Below are positions 27,163 through 37,980 of a DNA stretch of 64,000 nucleotides, piece by piece. This DNA comes from an uncultured bacterium. GTDB taxonomy: Bacteria > Babelota > Babeliae > Babelales > JABCYS01. Under the pieces are notes generated by a model. The model had not been told where the DNA came from. It made no database searches and was given only the letters and a program-made list of their open reading frames with translations. How positions within the stretch are numbered: position 1 is the stretch's first letter; each line of letters starts with the position of its first letter. The position numbers and the translations under genes were made by a program. The stretch lies in contig CAVPKK010000004.1 of the NCBI GenBank assembly GCA_963705705.1, positions 32,741-96,740 of the forward strand, in the 5' to 3' direction.

Positions 27163-28266
27163 TTACCAGAGATTGGCAAAACGCTCATCAATTTCTTGGC
27201 GGCGGCGAGCATCAGCTCCAGGATTGAAATCAAATTTACGATCTTTTTGTTCTTTTTGCTCAGCTTCATCTTGTTGTCTCTGAACTTCTTTCTGCGCATG
27301 CTCAAGGATAAGTTCATATGCATCGCGTATATCATTCCAACGTTCTGGGTTACCACCCTTATCAGGGTGAACACGTAGAGCAAGTGAGCGATAGATCTTT
27401 TTCACTTCATCGATGGAGGCACCTTGAGCTAGCGGCTGTCCATCAATTTGCTGCGATGCTTTATCAAGAATACGATACGCACGATTGTTAATATATTTGC
27501 GCAAAAAATTAATGTGCCATCGCAGCAGAATATCGGGGCTTTCAGTGAGTTGGAATCCAATAGCTCTTTTGGCCGGTAATAATAGAGGGTTCCACCAGCC
27601 ATTCGGCCCAAGAAGCTCCATTTCTTCTAGAACAGAATTCCCAAACTGCCCATGAAGGTTACCAAACTGTCGATTAATAGCCTCATACGCCTGTGGGCCG
27701 CCGATCGCCAAATTATTCAATATTTCCTGCACAAACCCTTGTGCCCGAATTCTACGTTCATTAGTGCTTTGTTGGCCGTGCAAATCATTGATTTCTCTAT
27801 TTCTATCCCTTATCTCGTTTTCAATCGTCGTCAGTTCCCTAAATTTATTTTCTACCTCACTGGCAAAGCGCAGTCTTTCCGCTCGTATAGATTGGCTCTT
27901 GTTATATAAAAGTTTGATTCCGCCCAATATTCCCAGCCAAATCATAGCATAGAATGGCACGCTGAATGATTCATGTGTGGCAAAACTCTTTTTCAAAATG
28001 GATGCTGTATTTGCATCGCAAAGCTCTTCTGCATATTCAGCTGCCTGCCAATATAATTCTGCATCGGTTTCACCATTCGACTTTCCTAAAGCCAGAGCAG
28101 TTATCTCAGCTTTATTAACCGCCAGGTAAGAGATCAGACTCTGGTTGTTTTTGACAGCTTTATAGAGGTCAACGATATACGGTTTTGGCTGTTGTTCTAC
28201 AGCTAAGATAGGGGAGATGAATGTTAATGTGCTTAACATTAATGACGCTGTTCTTATATTAAGCAT
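27163..28266 (-). CDS. Paralog-family membrane/coiled-coil protein with a C-terminal J domain (DnaJ-like, HPD motif)
   Basis: Leader peptide MLNIRTASLMLSTLTFISPILA, an LYKAV module, an internal TM, a coiled coil, then KKIYRSLALRVHPDKGGNPERWNDIRDAYELI. Confidence 0.65.
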   Translation of the reverse strand: MLNIRTASLMLSTLTFISPILAVEQQPKPYIVDLYKAVKNNQSLISYLAVNKAEITALALGKSNGETDAELYWQAAEYAEELCDANTASILKKSFATHESFSVPFYAMIWLGILGGIKLLYNKSQSIRAERLRFASEVENKFRELTTIENEIRDRNREINDLHGQQSTNERRIRAQGFVQEILNNLAIGGPQAYEAINRQFGNLHGQFGNSVLEEMELLGPNGWWNPLLLPAKRAIGFQLTESPDILLRWHINFLRKYINNRAYRILDKASQQIDGQPLAQGASIDEVKKIYRSLALRVHPDKGGNPERWNDIRDAYELILEHAQKEVQRQQDEAEQKEQKDRKFDFNPGADARRRQEIDERFANLW

Positions 28267-29059
28267 TAAATTGCTCCAAAAGCTGCTCAAGGTTCTTAAT
28301 ATAGTTCTGCAAATTCTTATCAATTTTATTTTTTGTGGTTTGCATTAAATGCAAATTTCTTAGAATAGTCCGCTCCTGTGTGTGCAACGATTCTCGAGGT
28401 TGTTCAGCACTGGCATTAAGCTGATCTCTCTGCATAGAGACCCTGGCAATCTCGGCATCCAACTGTCGTATCCAGTCTAGGCCCGTATGTCCATACTTAT
28501 CAAACATTTCTTTTGCTATTTCATTATCTAAGCCTGACGTTACATCGGCCTGGCGTGAAATAAGAGTCATTACAACTATTAATACCACCATGCAACCTGG
28601 AGCGTAAACTGTTGTAACCTCAAGGGCATTTAGCCAGCCCGGTGTATTCTTTGCAACCATCTCTCCGGACAAAAGCGTACTAAATGCTTTTGCGATTTCA
28701 TCATCACCCTTTTCTCTTGCATATGCAGCCGCCTTACAAAAGATGGCATCAAGCTCAGACTCTTCGCCTTTAGCTTTATCATATATTGTTACATATCTCT
28801 GCGTTAAGACCGTCCAACCATCAAGAGAGTTAATGATGATGTTGATCGTTTCATCATCCCTTAGGAAATCTACTTGCTCGAGCAGCACTCCATTGCTCTT
28901 AAGCTCGTCAAGGACATCTTTTACGCTTTTATATAGTGATATTGCGTGTGAAGAGTACTGCTCTATTGGTTTTTCAACCGCATGCAGGACAGAGGAAAAA
29001 GGGAATAGAAAAAAAAGAATTAATAGTAACGATTGTGATTGATACATGTAACGCACCAT
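28259..29059 (-). CDS. Paralog-family secreted/membrane protein (no recognisable C-terminal effector domain)
   Basis: Signal peptide MYQSQSLLLILFFLFPFSSVLHA, an ISLYKSVKD module, a TM and a coiled coil. Its stop overlaps the start of the J-domain gene (ATGCTTAA). Confidence 0.5.
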   Translation of the reverse strand: MVRYMYQSQSLLLILFFLFPFSSVLHAVEKPIEQYSSHAISLYKSVKDVLDELKSNGVLLEQVDFLRDDETINIIINSLDGWTVLTQRYVTIYDKAKGEESELDAIFCKAAAYAREKGDDEIAKAFSTLLSGEMVAKNTPGWLNALEVTTVYAPGCMVVLIVVMTLISRQADVTSGLDNEIAKEMFDKYGHTGLDWIRQLDAEIARVSMQRDQLNASAEQPRESLHTQERTILRNLHLMQTTKNKIDKNLQNYIKNLEQLLEQFNA

Positions 29060-29514
29060 AATAGTTCTTAACTGATTAAGACCGAAGTGATTCTTGGTAG
29101 CCCATTGCTGAGAATTACTGTTTGATCTCAGTAAGGCTAGCAGGTAAAAACCATGGTGCAAACAGGGATTGGATAGTTTGCTAACGGTAAATACAGCCTG
29201 AATTAATGTAATATCATAACACCTTCCCACACCAGGAATGAAATGACAATGTAATTGCTTGCCAACCGATCTGCGGCCGAAGATGGCCCTTAATTCCTGT
29301 ATAGACCCTACAACCATTTATTTAATTGCACGCCCTGGTACCATGGAAAACTCCCATAAAGATACCGTTTTTCTATTTTTTGCTTGCCAGCCACTTTGTA
29401 TATGCCAACGCAGAGCCCATGATAAACAACAATTTCACCGGCTTTATCGCTATACATCATCAGCATTGGCAAAGCACAGAAGAATTAGTCACTCAGCACC
29501 TGGCGAGAAACAAC

Positions 29515-30093
29515 ATGATAAAGATCAATGATATTTATACCGAACGTTTGCAGCTGCGACGTTGGAAAGAATCAGACAAAGAGCCGTTCGCGGCGTTAAA
29601 TGCCGATCCAGTTGTAATGGAATTTTTTCCTAAATTACTCACACGAGCTGAAAGTGATGCTTTAGCCAATGATATTAAAGCTCGCTTTGAAAAACAGGGC
29701 TTTGGTTTATGGGCAGTCGAACTCAAAGATTCGGGTCAGTTTATTGGATTTGTAGGACTTAATGTGCCGCAATTTGAGGCGCCATTCATGCCCGCCGTGG
29801 AAATTGGCTGGCGATTGGCAAAAGAATATTGGGGCAAAGGGTACGCTACTGAGGCAGCTAATGCCGTACTCGATGTTGCCTTTAATAAACTTGGTTTAAC
29901 AGAAATTGTTTCTTTCACTGTACCGGCCAATACGCCCTCCAGAAAGGTCATGGAACGGTTGGGTATGACCCATAATCCGATTGAGGACTTTGCCCATCCC
30001 AAATTGCCAGTGGACCATCCATTGAGTAAACATGTTTTATATCGTATCAATCGCGATCAGTGGATGGCATTGAAGAAAACAGATAAGAGATGA
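29515..30093 (+). CDS. GNAT family N-acetyltransferase (RimJ/RimL-like)
   Basis: ERLQLRRW..D...F, WAVELKDSGQFIGFVGL and an acetyl-CoA-binding pattern. Start chosen at an internal Met. Confidence 0.7.
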   Translation: MIKINDIYTERLQLRRWKESDKEPFAALNADPVVMEFFPKLLTRAESDALANDIKARFEKQGFGLWAVELKDSGQFIGFVGLNVPQFEAPFMPAVEIGWRLAKEYWGKGYATEAANAVLDVAFNKLGLTEIVSFTVPANTPSRKVMERLGMTHNPIEDFAHPKLPVDHPLSKHVLYRINRDQWMALKKTDKR

Positions 30094-30668
30094 AAATAGT
30101 AGTCATTGTTGCTTTGGCCATTCTTCTGATTGCGATAATAGCCTATAAAAGACAGAAGCAAGATAAGATCACTTTTCGTGAAGTGGTTGAAAACGATACT
30201 GAGCTTATTTATTCGTGGTTGCAAGAACAACATATCAGCACCTGGTGGCCGACGCCAGCAAAGGATATATTTCTACGAGATTGGTTTAAATCTTTGCGAC
30301 CCAAGGGTGCTTTTCCCTATTTAGTACTGGTAAATCAAAAGCCAATTGGCCTGATTCAATATTATTCGGCTGAAGGCGAAGCGAATGCCTGGTTGCCAAA
30401 GCTCCCGCCGAGCACGTTAGGCATCGATCAGTTTATCGGTGACAAACATTACCTTGGTAAAGGGTATGGTGTGCGGCTCATCAAGGAATTCATACAATAT
30501 TTAAAGACTATTGAGCCAAGCATGGCTGCTGTTATCGTAGATCCAGATCCAAAGAATATCGTGGCTATTAACTGCTATGAAAAAGTTGGCTTTAAGAAAA
30601 TTGGTGAATATGCGGCTCCCTGGGGCCCGGCATTGGTTATGGTGTATAAGGTTTACCCAGCGCCATAA
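30090..30668 (+). CDS. GNAT family acetyltransferase (AAC(6')-like subfamily)
   Basis: IGLIQYY, GIDQFIGDKHYLGKGYG and a GNAT fold pattern. Start overlaps the upstream stop. Confidence 0.6.
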   Translation: MKIVVIVALAILLIAIIAYKRQKQDKITFREVVENDTELIYSWLQEQHISTWWPTPAKDIFLRDWFKSLRPKGAFPYLVLVNQKPIGLIQYYSAEGEANAWLPKLPPSTLGIDQFIGDKHYLGKGYGVRLIKEFIQYLKTIEPSMAAVIVDPDPKNIVAINCYEKVGFKKIGEYAAPWGPALVMVYKVYPAP

Positions 30669-30722
30669 TCGCTGCTAAAACTGGACAATCTGACCCCTTT
30701 CTTTTACAATCAGGCCTCAACT

Positions 30723-31334
30723 TTGGGGGTTCCTTTCATGATTCATCTCTTAAATAATCTTCTCCACGGCTGGAGCGGAACTGTTTTCGGCGTAAGCGCC
30801 ATAATAGGAACGACACTCTTTGCCATACGTATGTTCCTTTCTTTTTTAGGCGGTTCCTTTGATCATGATAATGCGTTTGAATCGTACGATGAAGGGCATC
30901 ATCACGGTACCTCATTCAAGCTGCTCACTCTCCATTCGATATCAGGTTTTCTCATGGCCTTTGGCTGGGTTGGGCTCGCCTGTGAACGCCAGCTTGGCTT
31001 TTCCTCTTTTGCAGCCCTTGGTTTTGCTGTTGGAGCTGGTTTAAGCATGTTGATTCTTGTCGCTGGAATTATGAAGGCGGCTATGCTGCTGGAAAGCCCC
31101 GGCTCGGTTTTTTCTAGTCAAAAAGCGGTGGGTTTGGTTGGTGTGGTGTATCATCGCATTCCCGAACATGGGCACGGTAAGATTCATGTGGTAGTTGATA
31201 ATATTCAGCGGGAACTCCTTGCTCAGTCACAAAACAATAAAATATTGGAGTCATTTACCCTAATAAAAGTAGTGAAGATTATAGATTCATCTTTAGTCGA
31301 GGTTATTGCATTTCAAGAGGATCCAACATGTTAA
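30723..31334 (+). CDS. NfeD-like membrane protein (partner of an SPFH/flotillin protein)
   Basis: N-terminal TM helices plus a C-terminal beta domain. Immediately upstream of the flotillin gene. Confidence 0.55.
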   Translation: MGVPFMIHLLNNLLHGWSGTVFGVSAIIGTTLFAIRMFLSFLGGSFDHDNAFESYDEGHHHGTSFKLLTLHSISGFLMAFGWVGLACERQLGFSSFAALGFAVGAGLSMLILVAGIMKAAMLLESPGSVFSSQKAVGLVGVVYHRIPEHGHGKIHVVVDNIQRELLAQSQNNKILESFTLIKVVKIIDSSLVEVIAFQEDPTC

Positions 31335-32674
31335 ACTTCATTATTCTCGGCAGCTGCATGGTAGCGCTTTTCCTTGTCTTTACATTGATGTATTTGGCAA
31401 GTTGTTACCACCGTTGCCCATCCAACAAAATTTTGGTTGTATACGGTAAGGTTGCGGGCCAGCAATCTGCTAAGTGTTACCACGGCGGTGGTGCTTTTGT
31501 ATGGCCGTTGATTCAAGATTACCATTACTTGGATTTAACCCCGATCGCGATTCACGTACCATTAAAATCAGCTTTATCTCAACAAAACATCCGTATCAAT
31601 GTGCCGAGCACGTTTACCGTTGCTTTGGATACTACGCTTGAGTCAATGAATAATGCTGCAGTTCGGTTATTGGGATTGACGCTTAAAGATGTAGAGCTGA
31701 TGGCAACTGAAATTATTATTGGTCAGTTACGGTTAACCGTTGCCTCGTTGCGAATTGAAGAGATCAATCAAGATCGCGAACGCTTTTTGTTTGAAATCAG
31801 AAAACATATCGAGCCGGAGCTAAAGAAAATCGGTCTCATGCTATTGAACGTGAATATTACCGATATCACCGATGAATCTGGCTATATCGAAAGCATTGGT
31901 AAAAAATCAATCGCAACAGCGCTCAACCAAGCGAAGATCGATGTAGCAGAGCAGGAAAAACTTGGTGACATTGGTAAATCACTTGCGGAAAAGGAGCGAC
32001 GAATCCAAGTGGCCGCTTATAACGCACAAGCTGTTGAAGGTGAAAACGAATCTAAAGCACGCATTGCCAATTTCAATGCGCAACTTACTGAGCAAGAATC
32101 TGAGGCAGATCGCCGCGGTAAAATTTCTCAGCAAAATGCCTGGGCAGAGATTAATATTGCCAAAAGCGCTGCAGAGTTAAAACGACTCGAGGCAGAAGAG
32201 ATTGTGCCGAAGAGAATTGATAAGCAAAAAGTAGAAATTGCTGCATCTGCAGAAGCTGAAAAGCATAAGATTGATGCATATGCTAAAGCAGCCGCGATCT
32301 TGGCGGTTAAAGAGGCTGAAGCTCAAGGTATTTTACAAATCCTGAAGGCAAAGGCGGATGGCTATAGAATGCTTATTGATTCTTGTTCATCAAACGCACA
32401 GGATGCGGCTACCATGCTCATGGTTGAAAAGCTTGAGGAAATGGTGAAGATGCAAACCGAAGCCATCAAAAATATCAAGATTGATAAGATCACGGTATGG
32501 GATAGCGCTGGAAAAGGCGAAAGCTCAACCGCTAACTTTTTGAGCAGCTTGGTAAAATCACTTCCTCCTTTGCATGATGTTGCAGCCATGTCCGGCGTAA
32601 AACTGCCTGACTTTTTAGGTGATATGGATATACCGCCACAGCACGAGAAAAATCCTACTCAACCAACTCTGTAA
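31328..32674 (+). CDS. Flotillin-like SPFH/Band 7 domain protein
   Basis: N-terminal TM, an SPFH domain and a long EA-rich coiled coil typical of bacterial flotillins (FloT/YuaG-like). Confidence 0.8.
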   Translation: MLNFIILGSCMVALFLVFTLMYLASCYHRCPSNKILVVYGKVAGQQSAKCYHGGGAFVWPLIQDYHYLDLTPIAIHVPLKSALSQQNIRINVPSTFTVALDTTLESMNNAAVRLLGLTLKDVELMATEIIIGQLRLTVASLRIEEINQDRERFLFEIRKHIEPELKKIGLMLLNVNITDITDESGYIESIGKKSIATALNQAKIDVAEQEKLGDIGKSLAEKERRIQVAAYNAQAVEGENESKARIANFNAQLTEQESEADRRGKISQQNAWAEINIAKSAAELKRLEAEEIVPKRIDKQKVEIAASAEAEKHKIDAYAKAAAILAVKEAEAQGILQILKAKADGYRMLIDSCSSNAQDAATMLMVEKLEEMVKMQTEAIKNIKIDKITVWDSAGKGESSTANFLSSLVKSLPPLHDVAAMSGVKLPDFLGDMDIPPQHEKNPTQPTL

Positions 32675-32690
32675 TCGTATTACATTATTT

Positions 32691-32733
32691 GCTGCCATCA
32701 TGAGTCACAGCTTTTGGTGGCAGCTTTTTTTTT
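32691..32733 (+). terminator. Rho-independent terminator after the flotillin gene
   Basis: GCTGCCA...TGGCAGC stem followed by T9. Confidence 0.7.
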
Positions 32734-32811
32734 GGCCTTAATGCCAGTTGGCCAAAATCAATTCAAGAGTTAAATTTGTGAGCTATTGGATATAGAAACT
32801 AAAGGAGAAAA

Positions 32812-33333
32812 ATGAAGCCAAAACGAATTATGATCTTCGGCCGGCCAGGAAGTGGCAAAACAACCTTTGCGCTTGAACTTGGCAAACGTTTACATCTGCC
32901 GGTGTTCCATCTTGATAAATATGCGTGGCAGGCCAACTGGGTTGAACGGCCAAATGCCGAATTCATGGAATTACAATATGAACTGGTCCAGAAACCGGAA
33001 TGGATTATTGATGGCAATCATCCCTGGAGTTTTGATGTTCGTTATAGCAAAGCTGATATAGCCATCTATTTTGATTACTCGCGCTCTGTTTGCCTATTGC
33101 GTTTGCTCAAGCGCTATTTATCTAAAAATCGAACCATTGACGATCGGGCTGAAGGCTGCGGTGAAAAAATCAGTATGATGCTTTTGCGCTATATGTGGCA
33201 TTTCCAGAAATATGTAGATGCGCGAATCCCTACGCTCGAGACCTTGTTTCCCCAAGTGAAATATTACGTTGTGCATAATGACCGGGAAGCAGATGCATTA
33301 CTTAAAAAGCTTACCGTCGAAGATGAAAATTAA
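32812..33333 (+). CDS. P-loop NTPase/kinase (topology-modulation-protein or adenylate-kinase-like)
   Basis: Walker A IFGRPGSGKTT near the N-terminus. ~170 aa. AGGAG RBS. Confidence 0.55.
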   Translation: MKPKRIMIFGRPGSGKTTFALELGKRLHLPVFHLDKYAWQANWVERPNAEFMELQYELVQKPEWIIDGNHPWSFDVRYSKADIAIYFDYSRSVCLLRLLKRYLSKNRTIDDRAEGCGEKISMMLLRYMWHFQKYVDARIPTLETLFPQVKYYVVHNDREADALLKKLTVEDEN

Positions 33334-33640
33334 TAAAAAATAATTATTTCTCAGCAGTGCCATAAAAAAAGGCCCTCAGAAATCGAATTCAATTGATTTT
33401 CGCAAATAAGGTAATAGCTTTATTCATGGAAATACCTATTTTTCAACCAATTCGATGGTAGATATATTGCTGCTGAATCGCTCTTTTTTTTAATTCTTCG
33501 CTTTATTAAAAATTGCTCTGCCTGTAACATTTTGGACAGCAATAGGCGCATCCATTGGACAAAGAGAGCCAATTTCATGTATTTTTAACTAAAATTACAT
33601 AGGCGAGCCCAAAATTCTGCAAAATCGCTGGACTCTTTTT

Positions 33641-34243
33641 TTGAATGAACAGCCAAGAAATTTAATGATACATATGAGCCAAAGAACAATCCTCTCCCCA
33701 TCAATTCCCATCGAAGATTTCCGCAGCTTCTATTGGCTCAAAAAAGAGCTTCAGAATTTTTGTAGCAAGCAGGGATTATCAACGTCTGGCAGTAAGCACG
33801 AACTACAGAACGGAATTGAGCAATTTTTGAATAGCGGCACGATAGAAAAATCGAACCATAAAGTGCGTCAATCTATATCTTCGGAAGAAGAGTTGTCACT
33901 TGATACTACTGTACCTCAAGGTTTTACTTGCACACGCAAAGCTCGCGACTTTTTAATTGAACATGCCGGCAGAAAATTTAAATATACTGTAGCCCTGCAA
34001 CGCTATATTAAAACAAACCCAGGAATAACATTTCGGCAGCTCATTGATGAATGGAAGCGCCAAGCTAATCTAAAAAAAGCGGGATTAAAAACTAAAATAG
34101 GCAGCCAGTTCGAATATAATCAGTTCACCCGCGATTTTTTTGCCGATCACCGCAATAAAGGCAAATCTCGGGAAGAATATATTGCGGCATGGTATGCTGT
34201 GCGCAGCTCCCGCGGGCCACGAAAACATCTGCCAAAAGATTGA
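33641..34243 (+). CDS. Hypothetical protein with an N-terminal SAP-like motif
   Basis: FYWLKKELQNFCSKQGLSTSGSKHELQNGIEQFL resembles the SAP LxxLxVxELRxxLxxRGL..G.K..L pattern. Confidence 0.4.
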   Translation: MNEQPRNLMIHMSQRTILSPSIPIEDFRSFYWLKKELQNFCSKQGLSTSGSKHELQNGIEQFLNSGTIEKSNHKVRQSISSEEELSLDTTVPQGFTCTRKARDFLIEHAGRKFKYTVALQRYIKTNPGITFRQLIDEWKRQANLKKAGLKTKIGSQFEYNQFTRDFFADHRNKGKSREEYIAAWYAVRSSRGPRKHLPKD

Positions 34244-34336
34244 GTGGTATGCACCCAAACATGCCGTACTATCCGGTGCGCAATGATAATGAAGCCGATA
34301 ATTTGATAAAACAATTTTACGATCTAAAGAAACATA

Positions 34337-34738
34337 ATGAAAAAGATACGATTTAAAGCTGAAAAATTAATACGCGATAAAATGCCTAACAACCTGCGTA
34401 ACAAAGGCATCATCGCAGGCACGAAAGATTTATCGCACCAAGAATATTTGGCGCTGCTCAAAGAAAAACTGGTTGAAGAGGCCAAGGAAGTATACGAAAG
34501 CAAGGACAGCGCCGAGCTCATTGAGGAAATAGCTGACGTATTGGAAGTCATTTATACCCTCGCAAAAGCGCACACGATTGATATGGAACAAATCGAAGGA
34601 GTCCGTTTGCAAAAATATGCAAAACGCGGCGGTTTTGAAAACAAAACTTATTGCACAATATTTGAAATGGATGAATCTCATCCTGATATTGGCTATTATT
34701 TGGGCAAGCCGGAAATATATCCTCAGATAAGCGAATAA
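34337..34738 (+). CDS. MazG/HisE-like nucleoside triphosphate pyrophosphohydrolase
   Basis: EExxExxE and EEIADVLEV motifs of the all-alpha NTP-PPase fold. 133 aa. Confidence 0.6.
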   Translation: MKKIRFKAEKLIRDKMPNNLRNKGIIAGTKDLSHQEYLALLKEKLVEEAKEVYESKDSAELIEEIADVLEVIYTLAKAHTIDMEQIEGVRLQKYAKRGGFENKTYCTIFEMDESHPDIGYYLGKPEIYPQISE

Positions 34739-34878
34739 TGGTAGACAAATCATGCAACATCAATCGCAAAGCATTCTCTCTCATCCAATTTCAGTCTGGT
34801 CAAAAGTTTGCTGGAGTCGCTGCATGCAAGCTGTTTAAAGTTTTTTACGGCGCCTAGCCGACATTGAGAAAATAAGGA

Positions 34879-36867
34879 ATGAAAAATTTTACCTTTTTAG
34901 CATTAGCTACAACCACAGTCGTACTAATGGTAGTGATCAAACATATGGAAATAAAAAAAGACCAACCCTACGGCTCTTGGCAATCGCCAATTACAGCCGA
35001 TAACGTTGCCCAGGATGTAATAGCTTTTAAAGAAGCTTACCTTGCTAATGGCATTATCTATTGGTTAGAAAGCCGGCCACTAGAAAATGGGCGTACCGTT
35101 TTAATGTCATTCGACAAAGAAAAAGGAACGCATGAGCTTTTACCCAAAGATTACGGCGTGCGAAGCGGCGTTCATGGTTATGGCGGAGGTGCACTTCTTA
35201 TAGTGAAGATTGATCGCGAAAATCAGATTTATTTTGTTCGCGATTCAGATCAGCAAATATATTTGCTAGATAATAAACATGAGATACGCAAAATCACCTC
35301 ATATCCTCAAGCGCGCTTTGCAGATGGATGTATACACCCAGACAAAAAATCTCTTTTTTATGTGATGGAAGAGCATATAAATAATAAGGTGCTTAACTCA
35401 ATAGTTAAAACAGATATCGCGACCGGATCCGTCGATAAAATTGCGGACGGGAATGATTTTTATGCTCAACCGCGCATAAACCCCAATGGGTCGAAGCTCG
35501 TTTATACTACCTGGAACCACCCCAATATGTCGTGGGATGGCTGCGAACTTTGGGAAATTGATCTTGCTACCGGCGCCAAGAAATTACTCGGCGGAAATGA
35601 ACAATCCGTGGTAGATCCGCAATGGTCGGCAGATGGGAAGCTCCACTTCGTTTCCGATAAAACAGGTTGGTGGAATATCTATCGCAACGCGGATGAAAAA
35701 CCGCTCTTAGGCCAAGAAGCTGAGTATGCATTGCCTGGCTTTTTCTTTGGCAGATCGCTCTATGGATTTTCAGGAGACAGTATTGTCGCAAGCAATATCA
35801 TCAAGGGTGTACATTATTTTGTAAGGATCCTTGGCAATGGCTCAATTGAAAAAATCGATTTGCCATTTACCAGCGTACGAACCCTGTCGGTTGAAGATAA
35901 CCATATGGTACTCATTGCGGGCTCACCACATCAGCCAATGGGCATAATGTTGGTCAATCTCCAAGACCAATCGCATCGCGTTATTGCTTCATCTTGTAAG
36001 TTATCGCTGGACCCACAACTCATATCTGAACCACAGCTTCTTGAATTTTCGACTTCAGATAATCAGCAAGCTTATGCATTCTATTACGCACCCAAAAACC
36101 CGAAATATCAGGGAATAAGTGGCGAAAAACCGCCGCTTTTAGTTCGCGCACATGGTGGCCCGACGGCGCAATTTCCTCTTTGCTTGTCTCTGGATATTGC
36201 TTATTGGACTTCGCGCGGCTTTGCCTTAGTTGATGTGAATTATCGCGGAAGCACCGGATATGGCCGGGCTTATCGCAATAGCTTGCGCGAAAAATGGGGG
36301 TTGTATGATGTAGATGATTGCGTCAATGCAGCAAATTATTGTGTTGAACAAGGTTTAGCCGATAAAAATCGCTTAGCCATTGAAGGCGGCAGTGCCGGCG
36401 GTTTCACCACCTTAGCCGCTTTAGCAACTCGAAATGTCTTTCAAGTTGGTGCTAACTATTATGGTGTGAGCAACCTTGAAAAGCTCGTGTTGGAAACTCA
36501 TAAATTTCAGTCGCATTATCTATTCGGCCTTATTGGCAAATATCCAAATGCACGCCATGTGTATTTAGAACGATCGCCCCTTTTTCAGGTAGATGCCATC
36601 AAGAAACCAGTAATCATCTTCCAAGGCGAAAAAGATACTATTGTGCCACCTTCGCAATCGGATGTGATTTACCATAGCCTTGTTGAAAGAGGGATACCTA
36701 CTGCATATATCCTCTATAAAGATGAAGGGCATGTATTTAGCAAAGCACCGAATATTAAAAATGCGTTGGAAGCGCAACGGTACTTCTTTTCGACAATTTT
36801 AAAGATACCAATTCAAGAAAATATACCGCACATTGATATAACTAATTTTGATAAAATGGCTCAGTAG
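34879..36867 (+). CDS. S9 family serine peptidase (prolyl oligopeptidase/acylaminoacyl-peptidase type)
   Basis: N-terminal beta-propeller-like region. C-terminal alpha/beta hydrolase domain with GGSAGG (GxSxG) and downstream D/H. Confidence 0.85.
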   Translation: MKNFTFLALATTTVVLMVVIKHMEIKKDQPYGSWQSPITADNVAQDVIAFKEAYLANGIIYWLESRPLENGRTVLMSFDKEKGTHELLPKDYGVRSGVHGYGGGALLIVKIDRENQIYFVRDSDQQIYLLDNKHEIRKITSYPQARFADGCIHPDKKSLFYVMEEHINNKVLNSIVKTDIATGSVDKIADGNDFYAQPRINPNGSKLVYTTWNHPNMSWDGCELWEIDLATGAKKLLGGNEQSVVDPQWSADGKLHFVSDKTGWWNIYRNADEKPLLGQEAEYALPGFFFGRSLYGFSGDSIVASNIIKGVHYFVRILGNGSIEKIDLPFTSVRTLSVEDNHMVLIAGSPHQPMGIMLVNLQDQSHRVIASSCKLSLDPQLISEPQLLEFSTSDNQQAYAFYYAPKNPKYQGISGEKPPLLVRAHGGPTAQFPLCLSLDIAYWTSRGFALVDVNYRGSTGYGRAYRNSLREKWGLYDVDDCVNAANYCVEQGLADKNRLAIEGGSAGGFTTLAALATRNVFQVGANYYGVSNLEKLVLETHKFQSHYLFGLIGKYPNARHVYLERSPLFQVDAIKKPVIIFQGEKDTIVPPSQSDVIYHSLVERGIPTAYILYKDEGHVFSKAPNIKNALEAQRYFFSTILKIPIQENIPHIDITNFDKMAQ

Positions 36868-36933
36868 CATGAGATTTCGAAACTTTCTTCTAAGAAGATC
36901 TAGCTGCAGCCCGATACCAAAATAGGAACATTT

Positions 36934-37476
36934 GTGAACGAGCAATTGGAATATACCATTCGAAAAGGCACATCCGAGGATTTTCTTCCACTTAAAGAAC
37001 TTTACCAAAAAGTGGCGGCGATACCTGGCGGCTTAGCAAGAAGCCGTGATGAAATTACCGATACTTATATCCATACAAATTTAACAAATGCATTACATAC
37101 CGGCCTCATTTTTGTAGCCGAATATCACGGGAAACTTATCGGCTCAATATTGGCTTGGAAGCTTGAACAAAAAGTGTTTGCTCATGTGCTTTCACAAACC
37201 AGCATCCTGGTAGATCCTGATTTTCAAGGCAAAGGCATTGGTTCAAAACTTATTGCTACAATGTTGGATGAGATCAAACAACACAAGCCAGATATTTTGC
37301 GTGTTGAATTAATGGCTCGTGAATCCAATCCAGCAATCAAACTCTATGAGCGAATGGGCTTCAGGCACGAGGGCGCCTTTGAGAAAAGAATTCTTGGCAT
37401 CACTGGCACCTTCGAAGCCGATATACCCATGGCGTGGTTCAATCCAAACTTCGATGCAACAGCTATCCGAAAGTAG
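36934..37476 (+). CDS. GNAT family N-acetyltransferase
   Basis: QGKGIGSKLI acetyl-CoA loop. GTG start. Confidence 0.65.
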   Translation: MNEQLEYTIRKGTSEDFLPLKELYQKVAAIPGGLARSRDEITDTYIHTNLTNALHTGLIFVAEYHGKLIGSILAWKLEQKVFAHVLSQTSILVDPDFQGKGIGSKLIATMLDEIKQHKPDILRVELMARESNPAIKLYERMGFRHEGAFEKRILGITGTFEADIPMAWFNPNFDATAIRK

Positions 37477-37485
37477 AGAATTTCC

Positions 37486-37980
37486 ATGATGCCAATTCGC
37501 AATGCGGTACGTGTACTGCTATTAAATGGTGATAAATTACTTTTAATGTGCATCGAAGATTTTGATATTAGCGCTCCAAATAGCAAACCAAACAAACGAT
37601 TTTGGTGCACAATCGGCGGCGGTATTGAATCAGGCGAATCGATTCAAGAAGCGGCTATGCGCGAAATTTATGAGGAAACTAGCCTAAGCTCCGAGAACAT
37701 AGAACTTGGGCCTATTGTATGGCAAAGCGATCTCAATCTAATGCTTCGCGGCACATTAACGCGTTTTAAAGAAGTATACGTTGTGGCCAAAACCAGCACC
37801 CATAATGTAAGCCTCCATCAGCCAACGCAGGCCGAACTAGACATCGTCAAAGAGCTGAAGTGGTTCACACTGGAAGAGATTAAACAATGCCCGGATGTCA
37901 TTTTCCCAACTTCACTGCCGCAGCATTTACCTGATATATTGGCCGGAATTTATTCCGAAGAACCAATTCTAATTAAATAA
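37486..37980 (+). CDS. NUDIX hydrolase
   Basis: Nudix box GGGIESGESIQEAAMREIYEETS. Confidence 0.75.
   Translation: MMPIRNAVRVLLLNGDKLLLMCIEDFDISAPNSKPNKRFWCTIGGGIESGESIQEAAMREIYEETSLSSENIELGPIVWQSDLNLMLRGTLTRFKEVYVVAKTSTHNVSLHQPTQAELDIVKELKWFTLEEIKQCPDVIFPTSLPQHLPDILAGIYSEEPILIK

Noticed and set aside
29326-29514. N-terminal 63-aa extension of the GNAT ORF, and the upstream extensions of the ORFs at 28259-29317, 50624 and 52277
   Set aside because: The extensions lack RBSs and encode improbable leaders (or, at 29060-29317, overlap the neighbouring promoter region). Internal Met codons with Shine-Dalgarno sequences give proteins that match family N-termini.
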